A stretch of 64,000 bases of DNA from the human T2T-CHM13v2.0 reference genome, Homo sapiens: assembly GCF_009914755.1 (NCBI RefSeq), contig NC_060928.1; one strand, written 5' to 3'. Position 1 is the first letter of the stretch. The number at the start of each line of letters is the position of its first letter. The position numbers were made by a program, and so were the translations under genes. Positions 60,301-64,000 of the stretch are shown piece after piece. The notes beneath the pieces were generated by a model. The model ran no database searches and was not told the DNA's origin. It saw only the letters and a list, made by a program, of their open reading frames with translations.

Positions 60301-60574
60301 CTGTAGAAAAAAACTATACAATGTACAGTAACCACGCAATAGAAATACATCTGATGAATGGATTTGGCTCATGGGCCGCCAGCTTGTGACTTCTGATCAA
60401 TGTTTTGAAATTATCCCTGGGAGACATGGGGAAGAAAGATTCAATCTGTAAGGAGCCACATGCAGTTTTGTGAGACAATTTGCAGACTTCAAAGTGACTG
60501 AGTCAGAGTATGTACATAAAACGTGGCCCAAGGGAGAACAGAAATCTAAAATGAAACACATTAAGGTTAATACT

Positions 60575-60699
60575 GGCCGGGCGCAGTGGCTCATGCCTGT
60601 AATCCCAGCACTTTGGGGACCGAGTCAGGAGGATTACTTGAAGACAGGAGATCGAGACCAACCTGGGCAACATCATGAGACCCATTTCTACAAAACAAA
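60575..60699 (+). mobile_element. Alu left monomer (FLAM-like)
   Basis: Single Alu arm ending in an A-rich tail. Confidence 0.85.
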
Positions 60700-61469
60700 T
60701 GGAAAAATAGTTACTACCCATAGGAATGAAAAGTCACTCATTTGCTATCACACAGACATACACATATATGATAGCCAACTACCGGATTAAATCAGGCAGT
60801 CAGAAAGAGAAAACAAAAAGAAAAGGAGGCAAAAATACAACAGAAAAACATGAAATTTAATCTTTCAATTTCGAACTTTTTATCAGACAAGGACTAGAAA
60901 CCCAATGAAGATGACAAAAAAAAAAAAAAGACAAAATTGCTTTCCTATGTATCAAGCTCAGGTGTAATTATAGTTCCACACTAAACTGCAGGCTTCATAC
61001 AAGGACTTGCCACAACTCTTAGTTTTAGTACCGGCTGTAATTTATGTTGTGTTTAGATAAATTCCTGAGCTCTCTGTACCTAATTTTTTTTAATTAGTGA
61101 AAAAACACAGAAACAGCTTACATGCTTGCTTTAAGAAATAGATAAATAGAATATTATATTTTTAAACCTCATTATGCCTAAGTATTTAATATCTACTGGT
61201 GATTTTATTCTTGGCGAGCATAGCAGGGGCCATATGAGAAATGTAAATATGGTTATTGACCTGTTGTGCTGGTGACAAGATGAGTCTTTTCTCTAGGAGA
61301 CTGGATTAGCTTGGCTGAAAATATTCGTTGCATACCAAATTAGACTATACATTGTATTTCTGTCACTGAATGTTTTCCTTAGTTGTTTTGTGAGTAAAAT
61401 AAATTGGGTGTATGTTCAATGTATATAATTCAGGCACCTTATTTCAAAAGTAATTAATGTCTTACTCAC

Positions 61470-61592
61470 TTGAGACCAGATAATTACAGTTAATGTCATC
61501 TTAAAGGAGCCCCCAGGACTGTTAGCCATTGGTAAACGCATAAGAATTGGAATAAATTGACTTTCATGATCACTGAAGCTTCGTTGGGAGAA
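61470..61592 (-). other. Candidate exon (123 nt)
   Basis: Minus-strand acceptor cattcttttctctgctcctag|T and donor CAA|gtgagt; phase-0 frame open (FSQRSF...IIWSQ). Confidence 0.4.
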
Positions 61593-62994
61593 CTAGGAGC
61601 AGAGAAAAGAATGATAAATCAAAAATTCGTCTCCTAAGACTGATGAAGATAACATATATATTTTTTCATTTACTCTTAGACAACCCTTACAAGATTTTTG
61701 CCCAGCGAAAGTGGCACGTGGAACATGGAATGACATTTCATAAAGATAAATCCAGAGATTAGTGCTGAAGACTACACCCCTGTGTAGTCCCACACAGGCT
61801 ACCCCAGACCAGCCTGGCGGGCTCTGCACTAGGCCTCCCATCAGGCGAGAGCCAACGCTCCTCAGCCCGGCTCCACCTCATTCAGAAGAAAGTGTGTCTC
61901 CCGGCCTCACATTGCGCTGAATGCAAGGATACCGAGATAAACCAGGCTTTCCTTCGCTCAGAGTACAGTTGCAGACTTGGTAATGACTGAGCCAAGCCAG
62001 ACTGACTGTGATAAGATAATAAATTAACTACCAGTCAGGAGCTAAGTCAGCAGATGTGCGAACATTTTAGAGGTAACATCATAAACTAGAACAGAGGAGC
62101 TCTTGGGAAGAAAAAGGGCTTGGAAATTATACCTGGAAAGATACCGCTAATAATGATCAAGAAGAAAAAACAAATCCAGTTTGGAAGTGAGCAATCATTT
62201 ATGATGTAAAATATTTCTTAGAAATGGAATCTAGATAATGCTTGGAATATGCTTTAAACTACCTATATTTAATTTGTTTTTCTTGTGATTTTTGTATTGT
62301 TTGGTGTAAAATAATCTTAATCTTTCCAGGTGGTGTCTAATTAAGGCACATTTACTGATATGAGTCATTTTCTAAATATACTTTATCTAAGAAAATTTAA
62401 AATTTTTGGATCAACTAAAAACTCTCTCAATTATTTTAGAGTTAACTCTTCCAAATTCTAAAATGTATTCATAAATTATATACAACTATTTTAATGGTCA
62501 CTGTGGGCCCAACTTCTGTATATAAATTTACCTTCTTATTTTACAGGTGCTAATGTTTAAAGATACTTAAATATGCCAATTTCTTTCCTCTATGTAGAAG
62601 TTTGAAATACATTCTATGCCCTGAGAGAACCCTTTGAAATTTGAACACATAGAGTATTGTTATGTGCTTTCAAAACTTTGTGTTGTATAGGACCCTCTTT
62701 TAGCTGAATATTTTTCAAGCAGTAAGCCTGTCCTGCATCGCACATGTACTGGGACACCCATGGACAAAATCATAAGACTCTGTCTTCCTGACAGATTTCC
62801 CTCCTCTCCTGGGGAATTCTCTAATGATGTCACTCTTTTTTTGTGCCCTGTATGGTTTTTTTTTTTCAGTTTCTTCTGTGTGATGCACGTGATGCTGTTA
62901 CACTGCAGGGTAGCGTTTTTAAAAAATCTGATTTACAGTTTGTCCTACTATTATATATTTTGCTTATAAAAACCTTGTGTTTTTTCAAAAATTC

Positions 62995-64000
62995 CTAACA
63001 GACTTATTTAGGTCTAACTGACCTAAAATAAACCACACATGGTACAGTGTACAGTTTGATGGGCTTCGACATAAGCACATATAATGGGTTGAATTATGTC
63101 CCTCACGAGATATGTTAAAGTCCTAAACCCTGTTTCTCATTTGCGAATAGGGCCTTTATTTGGAAATAGGGTCATTGCAGGTATAATTAGCTAAGATGAG
63201 GTTGTAGTGGAGTGGAGTGGGCCCTTAATCCCCTTAATCCTAAATGAGGGGTGTCATCATAAGAAAGACACTGGCAAACAGATACAGACACAGAGGGAAG
63301 AACGCCACATGACAAGGAGGCAGGGGGTGGAGTGATGCTGCCACACGTCAAGAAGCACCTGCGGCCACCAGAGTTAGAAGAGGCAAGAAAGGATTCTCTC
63401 GTGGAGGCCTCGGACTGGCATCGCCTTGCCAACAACACTGATGGTGGGCTTCCAGCCTCCAGAATTGTAAGGCAATAAATTCATGTTGTTTTAAGCCAAC
63501 CAGTTTGTGGTGAAATAGCCCCAGGAAACGGATCCAATCTACAATCATGAAACCATCTGAAAATAAAAATAGCAAACATATCCCTCACCTCAACAAGTTT
63601 CCTGAAGGCCCTCCCATCACACAGTCCCAAGTCCCACCTCCTTCCTCAGGAAACCACTGAACTCTTTTGTCACTATAGACCGTATTTTGTAGAATTAATA
63701 TAAATTTTACATAAATTTATATAAATCCCCAAATTATAGAAAATATATTTACTGTATACATGTGGTATATACTGGCTGCTTTCAGCATAATTATTTGGAG
63801 GTTTATTCATCATTCTTTTGAACATTCATTTTTTTGCTCCTTTGTTTAGCTAAGTAGTACTCCCTTGATATATCACAATTTGTTTATCCATTCACCTGTT
63901 TATGGACATTTTAGTTGTTTCCAACTTTTGGCTATCACGAATGCATCTGCTGTATGTGCACATATACATGTACAACTATTTGAACAGAGATACACTTTTG
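62995..64000 (-). mobile_element. L1M 3' fragment interrupted by an MLT1 LTR
   Basis: gtgtacagtttgatg before the LTR; acaatcatga..., cacaatttgtttatccattcacctgtt.atggacattt after it. Confidence 0.75.
63080..63536 (+). mobile_element. MLT1C-like MaLR solo LTR
   Basis: tataatgggttgaattatgtccc...tttggaaatagggtcattgcag...cttccagcctccagaattgtaag...tttaagcca.ccagtttgtgg. Confidence 0.85.

Noticed and set aside
62547-62721. Plus-strand exon (ccttcttattttacag|G ... GCA|gtaagc)
   Set aside because: Moderate donor, no open frame noted and no partner exon; not distinguishable from background.

Overview
Primate, almost certainly human, genomic DNA (Alu subfamilies including a Ya5-type element, L1, L2, MaLR/THE1 LTRs). 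It looks intronic or intergenic. No protein-coding gene is recognisable, and nearly all ORF-track entries are repeat artefacts. The dominant feature is a ~12.5-kb minisatellite (22034-34582, roughly 205-210 units of 58/60/61 bp) that appears to have grown out of an old L2 element and has nested higher-order structure. On the minus strand each consensus unit reads as polypyrimidine tract-CAG | 34-nt cassette | GTAATC, i.e. a potential array of ~200 cryptic micro-exons. The cassette is stop-free in all three frames, and the unit's only stop codon lies inside the donor site. Well-formed minus-strand exon candidates (61470-61592, 60170-60300, 43720-43857, 43130-43280, possibly ~16205-16511) suggest a non-coding transcript that could read through the array in that orientation. 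Other notable items: three short dispersed local duplications (two interrupt old L1s, one brackets the array), a nascent Alu-derived 50-bp minisatellite, a full-length THE1 next to a solo THE1 LTR, and one isolated plus-strand exon candidate. All splicing and function statements are inference from sequence only; repeat subfamily names are from recalled consensus sequences, not a database run.
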